The notes: generated by a model from the sequence alone, not told the origin. 64,000 nucleotides of DNA from Sphaerodactylus townsendi (GCF_021028975.2 NC_059433.1:60078001-60142000), one strand, 5' to 3'. Positions 1 to 11,604 are shown, counted from the first letter of the stretch. A program made the numbers and translations.

Positions 1-1625
1 GAGCCGTCAGTGCGTCTGTACTGTAAGCGTTCCTGGTCCAGAACCGAGACATGAAGGCAGTCACCTGATTGTTCTCTGCTGTGGCGAACAAGTCTAGAAC
101 TGGATGTCCGAGTCTCCTGGTCACCATCTGGAATATTGATCTGTTCAGCATCCATTCCGCGTCCTGTATCTTTTGTCTGCTCAGCCAATCCGCACCGACA
201 TTCAACTTGCCCTGGATATGTTCCGCTTGGATCGACAGGAGATTCCTTTCTGCCCAGAGTAGAATTCTGCGGGCTTCTCTGTGGAGCCTGGATGATCTGC
301 CCACCCCCCCGATTGTTTATGTATGCCTTGGTGGCAATGTTGTCGGTCCTTATCAGTATGTGTTGCTGAAAGACTTCCTGTTGGAAATGTTGAAGTGCTA
401 GGAATACAGCCCGGATCTCTAAGAGGTTGATGGGCAGCTGGGATTCGTTTTGGGACCAGGTCCCTTGAACAAACTTTTCCTCCAGGGTGGCGCCCCACCC
501 GGCCAGGCTTGCGTCTGTGAATATTTGAGGCCTGTTTGGTGTCAGATAAGCCTTTCCTTGTGTCAGGTGGTGTCTGTTTGTCCACCACAGTAGTTCTGTC
601 TTCAGGTGATTGGGAATGGTTAGTGAGCGGTCCCTCTTCTGTATAATGTCCATCTGGTAGGGTCTCAGAAATTGCTGTAACGGACGCTCATGCATCCTTC
701 CCCATTGTAAGAGGTCGAAGGTTGCGACAAAGAGATCCAAGAGGCTGGTCAGCTGGAAGAGTTGGCACAATCTGCTGCGACGCACCGCCGTTACAGTTCT
801 CTGGATCTTCAGGATTTTGTCGTTGGGTAGATACAGGTGATTGTTGGAGGTGGAAATCAGGGCCCCCAGATGTTCCATTTTCTTGCTCGGTGTCAGGGAG
901 CTCTTCTGCAAGTTGATGACAAATCCGTGATTCTGGAGCACCGATATGACTACTTTTAGGTCCTGTGGAGCTTGCTCCTTGGTCTTGGATCTGATCAGGA
1001 TATCGTCTAGATAAGGGTGTAGATGGATCCCCTGTTGTCTGATCTGGATCACTGGGGCCAGGAGTACCTTTGAGAAGACTCGGGGGGCCGTGGCCAAACC
1101 AAATGGTAAAGCCCGGTACTGGTAGTGTAGTCCGCTGACAGTGAACCGGAGGAATTTTCGGTGAGCCGGGTGGATCATGATGTGCAGATATGCTTCTGTG
1201 AGATCCAGTGAGGATAGGAGATCGTGTTGTCTGAGAGCTTCTGAGATGGTTCTCAGTGTTTCCATTCTGAACTTGCGTAGTCTGATGTGACGATTGACGT
1301 GACGTAGGTTCAAGATAGCTCTCCAGTCTCCGTTTTTCTTGGGGACTATGAAGAAATGGGAGTAGACCCCCAGCTTCTTCTCGCTGTCCGGTACCGGTTC
1401 TATGGCTCTGATGCTTATGAGGTGATGAATGGCTTCTATGGTTTTGCGGGCCTTCACCTGTTGCTTTGAGAGAGGGGATACAAGGAATCTGTTTTTGGGG
1501 AAGTGGTCGAATTCGATAGAGTATCCCTGGGAGACTACTTCCTGAGTCCATTCATCTACGTGATCGCCTGACCACTTGTGTTGAAAGTGGTACAGGCGGC
1601 CCCCGATGGGAAGAGTGGCATAGTC
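1..1625 (-). pseudogene. DIRS pol (RT-RNase H-MT); open except for one +1 frameshift in a G-run at about 300-310; absent from the ORF track
   Basis: Translation: PIGGRLYHFQHKW...GVYSHFFIVPKKNGDWRAILNL...LDLTEAYLHI...YRALPFGLATAPRVFSK...HPYLDDILI (YLDD at 1002-1013)...IFTDASLAGWGA...INLLEIRAV...TDNIATKAYIN [shift] GRSSRLHREARRILLWAE...HIQGKLNVGADWLSR...VLDLFATAENNQV...TDAL. Confidence 0.92.
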
Positions 1626-3514
1626 AGGTTCTGGGGGGCTTGTCTGCCGTCGGGAACTTTCCTTCTCTGTGGTATGGTCAAAAGGAAGGTTTTCCCCGAA
1701 AGGATTGGTTGTTCTGCCATAGGCGCTATTCTGCCATCCTTTGTTGAATCTGGGGAGTGTATGTTGTGTGTACGAAAGGAGGTTCTGGGAGAACGTTGGG
1801 GTGAAGAAGCCTTGACTGTTTTGGGAAGGCATTTTCTCTTGTCCTTACCCTCTATTAAGATTTTGTTTAGGTCTTTTCCAAACAGCATCTTTCCGTGGAA
1901 GTCAAATCCAGATAATGCATTTACCTTGGAGTGTGGGTCTGATTTAATCTACGGTTCGAGCTTTCAGGCGCTATGCCTGGGCTACCTACTCATCGCCAAG
2001 CTGTAGCTTTGGATGAGAAGGACATGGAGTCAAAGGTGGCGTCGGCTATGAACGCATTGGCATTTAATACACGTTCTAATCCTTCCTTGATGCCAATTTG
2101 TTCGGGTAGTAGCATGTTGATGAGCCGCTTGATCCAGACGATGGAGACTCTGGCCATGATGGATGAAGGGATCATAGCCTTGATGGAGTTGGCCAGCCAC
2201 TCATGTGTGCGTCGTAAGGCTGCGTCTGATCTTTTATCCAAGGAATCTCGTGGTGATCCCTCTCCCTCTTTGGATACGGCTCCTCCATATTGTAGGTTTA
2301 CCATGGTGGAGTCGACCAGTGGGGCCTGCAAGATGTCATTGAAGTATTCTGGCAACACGTAAAGTTTCTTTGCTACAGCTGGGATTCCTTTGCTGGCTGG
2401 GGGACTAGTCCAGTCCTTGTGCATTCTGGATTTGAACATCTCAGGTACTGGAAAACAAGAAGAACGTTCCTGTTCTGTCCGGAAGTAGTCCTTGCTTCCC
2501 TTGGGTCGACCCTTGATGGGTTGACTGGTGGATGGTTCTGTTCCAGGAGGTTCGAGCGCGTCCTCTGTATCCTGGAGTTCCAGAGCTGAGATGGCTTTGA
2601 TTAACAGTGGAGGTAGGTCTTCAGCCTGGAACAGTCTGAAAGATTTATCTTGGTTGTCTGTCTTGGGTTCTTCCTCATCCGAAAAGTGCTCTTGGAACTC
2701 CATCACTTCCTCTTCACTGAAGGATTCATCTCCTGCAAAAAGCAGGGGTTGCCTATTTTCACTTTGTCCACTGGAGGGCAGAGCTACTGGGGAAAGAGAT
2801 CTGGTTCTATGAAGCCTTTGTCTTCTTAAAGGAGATCTTGAACGGCCACTAGATGGTGCTGGCATTCTGCTTTTACTTCCCTCCATGGCTGTTTGGAGTG
2901 ATTTAGTGAGGAGCTGGGCAAAGTCCAGGGGGGAGAGGTCTTTCCACCCCCCGGGGCCCCCGTCTCCTGCGCGACTGGTGCAAGATGCGGAGGGGGAACC
3001 CGTCTCCCCTTCGTTGGGGCGCTCGGCTGGGTTGCTGCCTGGGCTTCCCGCTGGGGAAGCGCAGCTGTTTGGCGCCCTTTCTCTCTCTGGCGCTGAAGAG
3101 GCTTCAGGAAGAGCTGGGGCGGGTTGTCTCGCGCGCCGGCGATCCGCACATTGAATCCTCTTCTTCCCCCTCATTAGTGCTCCCCGCTTCTGTAGAAGGG
3201 CCATGGAGCCGGGTGGAATCGGGCGGCTTATCGTGATCACCGCTCACGGGCTGGCCCCAGTGCTGGGTGCACGGGCGCGCTTGCCGCCTCTTCTTTCCCC
3301 TTCTTTGCCGCCTGATTGTGCTTGGTCTGCCTTCGTCCCGTCCCCCCCTCAGAAACTGCACCGGGTTTTGGGGACGGGCACCTGTTCGCGCCAACTCACG
3401 GCCGGCCGAACGGCTGCCCGAGTGGGAAGGGGGGTTTTTTCTTGATGATCTGGTCCCCTTTGCGGTGGACCTTGCGAAGGACTCCCTCGGAGGGGAGAAG
3501 GAGCGAGCCGCCAT
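1626..3514 (-). pseudogene. DIRS gag/ORF1 (LAP2alpha-like domain), broken by frameshifts
   Basis: ORF 1990-3240 (APLVDS...DKRSDAALRRTHEW...ARVSIVW) continues in another frame as GFDFHGKMLFGKDLNKIL. Probable start AAAATGGCGG at 3514 is in a shifted frame. Lies directly upstream of pol. Confidence 0.8.
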
Positions 3515-3856
3515 TTTTAAGTGCGTTTTTTTGGCGCCAAAAATTGTAGTGCGTAAGCCCCCCCCTTACTAATCTAACTAAGCTAAACTTAATATGGGAT
3601 GGGGGGGAAGGAAGGGGAACACACACAAAAGGGGAAGACAACTAAGAAGACCAGACAAGAAGGTTATACACAGCACTTGCACAAACTCTCTGGGGAGCTC
3701 TTCAAGGTCCTTGCACTCCCGTTCTGAGGCAGGAAAATACTGGATCAGAAGGGGGAGGCGACGACCAGACAGGAAATCAAAAATACAACTTCCTGCCTCC
3801 CAGAGACCGAGGTGCGAAACCACCCAATCCAAGATGGCTTACGCCTCCAGGAGAAC

Positions 3857-4121
3857 AATGGGGAATGGGGGCACCTCCTTTGGGGGTCCATAACTTTGGA
3901 CTCCCTGAACCAAACTTTACCAAACTTGGCTGGTATCATCAGGAGAGTCTTCTGAGGGTACCCTGAAATTTTGGTGCCTCTAGTATAAAAATTGCACCCC
4001 CTGCTGGCCGGCAAAGTAAAAACACACAAAAAAATTAATGACCCGCATATAAGTCGAGGGGAGCTTTTTCAGCATTAAAAATGTGCTGAAAAATTCGACT
4101 TATACATGAGTATATACGGTA
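3857..4121. mobile_element. Right half of a non-autonomous Tc2/pogo-type (TcMar) element, interrupted by the DIRS insertion
   Basis: Ends in CGACTTATACATGAGTATATACGG followed by TA, with a subterminal repeat TATAAGTCGA. Confidence 0.7.
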
Positions 4122-5829
4122 ATCCAGCAGTTTGATCCTGCCTATCACCCTTCCCCCTCTTCAACTGACACTCAGCTGTTTTCAATATTCCATCCCTTAA
4201 AAGCATGGGCAGTATAAATCAGACATTTGAGAGTTTTCCACTCTTAGTTAATTTATATTGTTATACATACATGGGAGGAGGGGGTTCCCCCAAGTATACA
4301 GAGATCCAGTTTGCCTGTGGATGTCCCACTACAGTGGTTTTCACCATCCTTATAGGTGGTCAACCACACTTAGTGAAGTTTTACAACATCAAGTGCACTT
4401 GCAGTCAGCAACTACTGTTTCTGTAATGTGACAATTTCTGTAAAATATTTGCATTACGATAATGCAAATAGACAGGCATCACAGAATAAATTACGAGCTA
4501 TAGCAGTAAGTAAAAATGAGATGATCTAGGGAATTATCAGCACTAATACCAAGCAGAAAGAGCTACCTTGAAGCTTCAGACACCGCCCTTTACTAAAATG
4601 ATAATGAGCTTCAGTTCAAGTCTACTCAATCTGGACAAGTGGGATCTGTCAGGCTGACAAGTCATGGAAAAAAAGCTTTTAAAAAACCCCTACTATGCCA
4701 GAGGTATATTAAACTTTACAGGACTGAATATGCAAGAACAAAACTTTGCACTTTTAATATTCCGAATGTGGATACAAGAGAAGATAAGAGGGCAAAGTGG
4801 ATTTAAGGTTAATAAATCTTTCTGATATATTTAAGAAGATAAGAGGGGAAAGTGCATAAGGACAAAACACCTGAACCATATGATAAAGTGATTCATATTA
4901 CAATCCTACACAGATTTACTCAGAAGTAGGTGGTCTTATATTCACTGGAGTTTACTCCCAAGTGTGCTGAAAGTCATTGAAATAATAAATTAACTAAACT
5001 ACCGGTAATACAATGTAAAAACCAAAAAGGATTGTGCATAAAATTTAATGGAGGAAAAATTCTGCTCTTAAACATACATGAAAAGCAGAGCAGACCATTT
5101 TATGGATGGGATAATGTCTGGAAACAAATTGAGATAACAGAAAGCAGAAGTACATTTAAAATATACAAAAGCAGAATGAGAAGTTTAATCCTCCTCAACA
5201 GAAACTATCAGGTCTACAAGCCAGTTTTACAGCTTGATGCCACTCAAGTTACTCAGTGGAACTTGCATCCTAGTAAAACTTGTTTAGGATTGCAATTTTT
5301 ACAGTAAACATCCTTAGGAGCCATCAGTCTCTCTGCCAATATACAGAAGACTCAAAATGTTTATGCCAGGTATTCCCAAACTTTTTGAGTCATGGAGCAC
5401 TTTGCAGGAGAGAAATGAGTCACTGAGCACTATGGCTGCCCTTATGCCAAAGGCACGTATGTGAATTCTTGGTGGTTTTGCAAGTTGTTGGTCTTTTACA
5501 GTGTAGATATATAGCAGAAGCACGACTTATTTTTCAAATTTTAAATTTTTATCTAAACTTAATTTTTCCCAATGAAAATCATTAAAAATTGGAACTTTAA
5601 ATATAGTTTTCTCAAAATATTAATTTTGTCTTTGGTAAAAGGGCAACAATATTTTCATCTAGCACCTACATATAAACTGAAGGACAACAGTATTGACTAT
5701 GGAAGGTATTTTCAAGCATTTGGCCATGTTTCACAGAAAATAATCCGGAACTTAGTTATCTACATAAATGAAAACTAACAAAAACTAACAAAACCATGAA
5801 GTAAGGTAACTTCCCAGATGAAGTAACTG

Positions 5830-6110
5830 TGGAAAATCCCTGCACCTTTACGATTATAAAGCAGAGACTGTACTGAGTGTCTAGGAAGAGAAAGCATACT
5901 GCATTCTGGGATAAAAGAAAGCAGCTAGTAATTCCCAGAAAGCACAGGCTGCAGATGCTATCTCATGAGACAACAACGGCTGCTCATTTGGGCATCAACA
6001 AAACAAGGGACAGAGTACAGGCAAAATTTTACTGGCCAAGTACGGGAAAGGGCCCAAGAGTCTTCTGAAAGTCTTGCGAAGTATGCCAGCTTGTGGGCAA
6101 AGAAGGTGTA
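5830..6110 (+). mobile_element. Gypsy LTR-retrotransposon integrase fragment (zinc-binding HHCC region)
   Basis: KQLVIPRKHRLQMLSHETTTAAHLGINKTRDRVQAKFYWP...*KSCEVCQLVGK. Confidence 0.82.
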
Positions 6111-6404
6111 GGTGGGCAAAGCTGACTGAGCTGATGCATTCCATACACTTCAGTCTATAATGCTTCCTATCTATACTGCTTCACAGCATACTGCAGGAGC
6201 TAAATAATTTCTACACAATACTTACCCATACACAGTTCACAGCCACTCAAATTCACAATTTTGAGATCTTCTCACATTTATTCCAACCTCTTTGCAGACA
6301 CCTGGAGATGCTTCATGGAACACCAGGTGATCCATAGAACACTGTGTGGGGACTGATGGTCTATACCGTTAAAATGTTGGGCAATGTTTCTCCTCCCACA
6401 AAAA

Positions 6405-6648
6405 AAGAAGAAGAAGAAGAAGAAGGAGGAGGAGGAGGAGGAGGAGGAGGAGGCGGGTTTGGATTGATATCGCCCCCTTTCTCTCCTGTAGGAGACTCAA
6501 AGGGGCTTACAATCTCCTTGCCCTTCCCCTCTCACAACAAACACCCTGTGCGGTGGGTGGGGCTGAGAGAGCTCTGAAAAGCTGTGACTAGCCCAAGGTC
6601 ACCCAGCTGGCGTGTGTGGGAGTGCACAGGCTAATCTGAATCCCCCAG
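6405..6648 (-). mobile_element. Squam3-like SINE, 5'-truncated, with (GAA)n(GGA)n tail
   Basis: Reverse-complement homology to 11332-11541 and 13133-13418 (GGGTGACCTTGGGCTAGTCACA...ATCCAAAC) plus microsatellite tail. Confidence 0.8.
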
Positions 6649-7451
6649 GGGTTAATAACAGTAAAGTAGTATTTGCAAGGAACTTTGCACTGAAATGGAA
6701 CTGGAACTTTATAGGCTGAATGAATATTGGATGCAACACACAATGTTCTAAGCAAATGGTTTGAACAAACTATTATTTCCCACACTAAGTCAAAATTTTA
6801 CTCCTAACTTGCCTCAAAACTTTGTTAGCTGTGTACATTAGCATAATTAAACTCTAGTCACAGGCACATATTTGCATACAACTCAAGAACAAATAAATGT
6901 GTATAGACGTAGTTAATAGAACAGCATACAGAAGTGGGAAATTTAACTGGCTAATGCTTTTCTTACATGTTCCATAAAAATATGTTCAAACTGTATAATT
7001 ATATTTACTGTATAACAACCATAGATTTAACACAAAGTAAACAAGAATGTATGATATATATTAACCTATTGTTACACATCTAGAAATGCAGACGAATGTC
7101 CCAAATACATAATACATAAGAATAAAGTAAAAAAGAAGAATTACTGGCTCTATTCAGACATCCCTACAAATCATAAGGGAAGCTTAATTACATTTTGAGC
7201 TCAGAAAATGGTGATCAGCCAGTGAACCAGAATTAGAAGTGACAAGTTGGATGCTATAAACCACAAGATCGTTACTTAACAGTCCCCTTAATCTCTGAAA
7301 AAAGTTTCATGGTGTTTGGGCATTCCTCATGGAGAAAAACCATCTGACAGGGGCACCTGGGGCAAAGAATAGTTTGCCCTCCCTCCTCTGCCAGAAGGCT
7401 TCCTTTGGCACGAGAAGCCCTACCAACAGAAAGGGGGCGGGGGGGGGAGAG

Positions 7452-7638
7452 AAATCGATTCCCCACTCTTTTTCAGGAAGCTTGCTGGGTGACCTTGGAT
7501 CGGTCACAGTTCTCTCTGAACTCTCTCAGTCCACGCGGAGGCAGGCGATGGCAAATCACCTCCAAGTGTCTTTTGACTTGAAAATGCTATGGGGTCACCA
7601 TACGTCAGCTGTGACTTGATGGTACTTTCCATCACCAC
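7452..7638 (+). mobile_element. tRNA-derived SINE fragment with RTE/BovB-type 3' end
   Basis: TCGATTCCCCACTC B-box, GGGTGACCTTGG core, and 3' GGGGTCACCATACGTCAGCTGTGACTTGATGG. Confidence 0.6.
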
Positions 7639-7861
7639 ATTTTGCCTTGTTTTCCCTACTGTCATATTCCCCAGGTGCTGGGTGCCTTTTTATGCACAGA
7701 ACTGTCCTCAGCCACCAGCAAAAGGTGCGCAAGATCCACTTCTGCAATTATAGGATCCAACCTCAAAAGTCTGAAACAGGCTTTCAGACCATGATTTGCT
7801 CTAACGTTTGGCAAAAATATAAAAGCTAACAAACCCTGTGCTCCCCAGTACAAGATTAACC

Positions 7862-8048
7862 CAGTGGTTCTCAACCTTCCTAATGCTGCGACCCTTTAAT
7901 ACAGTTCCTCATGTTATGGTGACCTCCAACCCTAACATTTGTCCATTTTACAGATGGAGAACACTGATGTAGAGAGTCTTAGGCGATCCCTGTGAAAGGG
8001 TCGTTCAACCCCCCAAAGGGGTCCCGACCCCCAGGCTGAGAATCACTG
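7862..8048. mobile_element. SPIN/URR1-type hAT MITE
   Basis: CAGTGGTTCTCAACCTTCCTAATGCTGCGACCCTTTAATACAGTTCCTCATG at one end and TGTGAAAGGGTCGTTC...GAGAATCACTG at the other; degenerate 8-bp TSD gattaacc/ctctaacc. Confidence 0.88.
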
Positions 8049-8329
8049 CTCTAACCACTATACCACATTAGATCCCAAACAGAATTTATGCCATATCTCA
8101 AATGCCTCCATACCATCATAAGACATAATTGCCTAAGGATGGAACCCGTGGTGACAATGCACTCCTAGTCAATTACCGTGCAGGACTAACTTCCTGCCAA
8201 GCTGTGTGTGATGCTTGGCTGAAAGCGAGTCCTGTGTGGCAACCGGCCACCTGGGCTGTTGGGCTCTCTTCCCCCCATCCCCCCAACTTGGGCCTTGGGA
8301 AGCAAGGCGGGGAGGACAGTCCAATCCTA

Positions 8330-10170
8330 GGTGATTCTCATATCAAGACTGTGACACATTGAAGACATGTCTTCTAAAATAAAAAAGGGAAAATTATATA
8401 CTGCCTCGCTGCTGCGTTGACCAACCACAGCTGTCTGGAGCCCACTATATTGTTTACCACAGCAGGCTTCACTGCTAGTAGATCTATACAGAGCTATTAT
8501 AACAATGATCATTTTATTGTCAATCCATTTCCTAATTCCTAAAATGGACTTTTCTTTTTCAGCACCATCACACAGAGCCAGTTCCAGATTTGGGGTGGGG
8601 GGGGGGGGCTGAGCAGACAGCTCCCACTCCCTCCTATCCACTCACTCATATGTCTCACTGTGCATTCCTCCTTGCCCTGTTCACAAGCCTTCTTGCTGCT
8701 TATGCTCACAGACACCTGCACTGCCAGAGCCCTTTCCCTGATTGCACTGGGCAGTGTGGGCAGCTGGATGCATGGGCAGCAAAGTGCTCAAAAGTGACCA
8801 GGCAGGGAAATGGCATGTTGGGGTGGGGGAGGATCAGCTGCTGTGGGTCCTGCCAGACACCGTGGGCCATGGCAGCTGCCCCACTTGAGTCTATGTGGAT
8901 GCCAGCCCTGCTGCCACACATTAATGTTTTTATCCACCCTGGAACCAGAATCTCTTTCCCTACTAGTCACCACTAGTTCCAAATCCATCACTGAATACCA
9001 GAATTTAGGAGACGGCACCAATGTATATCATTTCATGCTTACATCACTCCTCATTTTCCATGTTATTACAAATTCAGCCAATTTGAAGACATCCTTGCAA
9101 CTTGGTAGCCACAGAAGTTTTCACCATGCACAACTTCAGCTACTTCACTGATGAACTCTGATTGCAGGGTATTTGTTAAAACAGCATTAGTGTGAATAAA
9201 GATCCTTGAGGAACCCTACTACTTGCTGTTCTCCACTGTAGAAACAATTTATTTTCTCCTACCATTTGCTTTCTCCTTTTCATGTAGGGAATAGCAGGAC
9301 CAGCCTCTTATCCCAAGACTTCGATAAGTTTATTAAGGATCTTTCACTGAGAAACTTGCCAAACAATTTTGAAAGTTTATTTATATTATCACTCCTATAC
9401 TAGTGGCTTGTTGATATTCACAAATAATCGCAAACCGCAAAAAATAGTGAAAAGACTTTTTCATGCTTGAATTCCTTTATCCAACTGTGGTATTTCAAAT
9501 GCTTTACAGATCTACTTTTAAGGTTTAAGTTACACAGAATAGATATTATGCTACCGACCTAAAATTCCCAGGATACCTTTGGAACATTTTTTTAAGTTGG
9601 TTTCTTTCCAATCTTCTAATAAGCAGTGCTTTAGTGACAAGCTGTGTGATTTTATTAACAAGCAATTTCAGATTTCAGTTCCTTAAGATGACTTCGATGT
9701 ATGCCATCTGAATCTGATGATGTCGCTTATAATTTGTCACATAGCCACCTTTTCACTTCATCACCTCTATTCAATTCCGTTCTTAGACTTCTTTCCAGAA
9801 AAAGTGCAATTCAGTTGTGGGTATCTGCCCAATATCTTTAACAGCAATGACCTGTAGCAAAATTTACACTCCTTTATTGTCCAACAACCTATTACCCAAG
9901 TTGGTTTACATATATGTTTACTATAACATGAAAAACATCCCCTTGTTAGTATGGGATCTTAAGCCTTTGCATACCAAGGTCAACATTCAGATCAACATTC
10001 ATAAAACCAAGGGGGAGATATTCTTAAACAGAAGGGGTTTCATTTTAAAAACAGAAAAAGAGTCCCGTTGGGCTTTCTGGACAACATTCCTCATACATAT
10101 ATACTCAAATTTATATCACTCTATTCCAAATAGAGTAGTAACACTTGCATCAATTCCCAGGTGTTACTGA
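8330..10170 (-). mobile_element. Old, heavily decayed CR1 ORF2 remnant, interrupted by a GC-rich insert at about 8590-8930
   Basis: Residual peptides DGIHRSHLKELKSEIA, EDWKETN, PGNFRSVA and EKEKSILGIRKWIDNK are colinear with CR1 ORF2 (compare KKANSMLGIIRKGIDNK in the 56189 ORF). Confidence 0.7.
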
Positions 10171-10302
10171 GGATTGAGTTGAGAGCTGTCTCTACTTCAC
10201 ACAGCTCCCTGACCAACTACTTTGGCTCTCAACTATGCTTTGGTGATACGTTAACAAAGCATATACATGTTGACAGTACAGAATATAATTTTATATAACT
10301 TA

Positions 10303-10803
10303 GGCCGCTTTCACACGGCCACGCTGGGGGTTGCCAACCCCCCCGGGCCCGTTCGCATGAACGGTCCTGGGAACGACAGTGAAGACGGCGCCATGCTGCG
10401 CCGTTGCCCGATCGACGTATCTTCCCTGTGACCGTCCGACATGTCGCAGAGGCCAGGGGACACTCTGCCCTGCGCAACCGCTCCGGAGTCGCAGGGCAGG
10501 GGGGGCGTGTCCCCAGGCCTCGGCGACGCGCCGGATGGTCGCAGGGAAGGTAAGTCGATCGGGAAAGGGGGGAGAGGGATGGCGCCTTCTCCCTGCTGCC
10601 GTTTGCACGGCAGCAGCTGGAAGCCACCGTTTTCCAAAAACCTCGCTCAGGCAGCAAGGTGGGAAAATGGTGGCTTCGTGCCGCTGGGGGGGAGCGAGGG
10701 TGGCGCGGCTGCGAAGCAGCTGCGCCCCACATGCGAACAACTCCCTAGGGACAGCGTTTTTGCCGTCCCTAGGGCGCTGTATACGGCCCGTGCGAAAAGG
10801 ACC
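10303..10803. mobile_element. GC-rich PIF/Harbinger-type MITE
   Basis: Imperfect TIRs GGCCGCTTTCACACGG / CCGTGCGAAAAGGACC, TTA on both flanks, internal hairpins; inverted homolog at 60118-60643. Confidence 0.8.
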
Positions 10804-11331
10804 TTAGAGACAGAACCCAGTTCCATTTTCTTTTACGTCAAGAGGTGTGGCACTTCTGCTGCAAATTCATTAGGATAACATTAGTGTTACAGAATTCATC
10901 ACAGATACTAAGAAACAACGCAGAAAGATCTGGTATTCATTTTTTTCCCATAAAATTGTTACTTCAAGTATTCATGAGAACTGGAGACTGCAAAGAAGAC
11001 TGTGTTAAGATTGCCTCAGGCATTTATGCAGGAGAGAGAAAGAATTATCTCCCATTTAACTGAATTGCATCCATTGTTTTTAAGCTTCAGCTTTCCACAG
11101 TGAAATGAAAACCACAGACACAACCATTGCAGAAGAAAAGAATCTGGCCAGGCTTGCAAATGTAAGAAAGCCTGAAAATTGTTCAGTTATGGAGTGACAT
11201 GAACATTATACCACACTGGCGTATAATGAAAAAGTAGCTCCCAGTAAATTAAAAGCCCTGATATTCAAACCAATCCAGAAATATAAAAATGAGGTACAAG
11301 TCTCATATGATATGTTACTGACTTCCTCAAT

Positions 11332-11541
11332 GGCCACATTGCGTAGCAGTTAAGAGCGGAGAACTCCAATCTACAGAACCGGGTTTGATTCCCTACCCCT
11401 CCACATAAGTGGCGGACTCTTATCTGGAGTCCCACCTACCTCACAGGGTGACTGTTGTGGTGAGAGGAAGGGAAAGGAGTATGCAGGCTGCCTTGAGTCT
11501 CCTTGCAGGAGAGAAAGGCAGAGCGTAAATCCAAACTCTTC
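11332..11541 (+). mobile_element. Squam3-like tRNA SINE
   Basis: A-box and B-box (GGGTTTGATTCCC) and 3' TAAATCCAAACTCTTC. Confidence 0.78.
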
Positions 11542-11604
11542 AAATGAAAATACAAAGCTTATCTTGAAAAACCAGATAACCTGTTTAGAGTCCCATAACA
11601 TCTG

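Larger units (their letters stand above)
1..3856 (-). mobile_element. DIRS1-like retrotransposon, 5' part (5' terminus, gag, RT, RNase H, start of methyltransferase-like domain); continues beyond the window start
   Basis: Manual minus-strand translation gives the DIRS1 domain order: gag, then PIGGRL..F..W, YLDD, TDAS..GWGA, DLFA. The 5' end (about TTGTTCTCCTGGAGG) abuts an unrelated MITE at about 3857. The tyrosine recombinase is not in the window. Confidence 0.93.

Noticed and set aside
9690-9760. TGATGA/CTGA boxes suggesting a C/D snoRNA
   Set aside because: Falls within the decayed CR1 ORF2, with no terminal stem
10229-10878. Stacked ORFs on both strands (also 60075-60786)
   Set aside because: By-product of GC-rich palindromic MITEs
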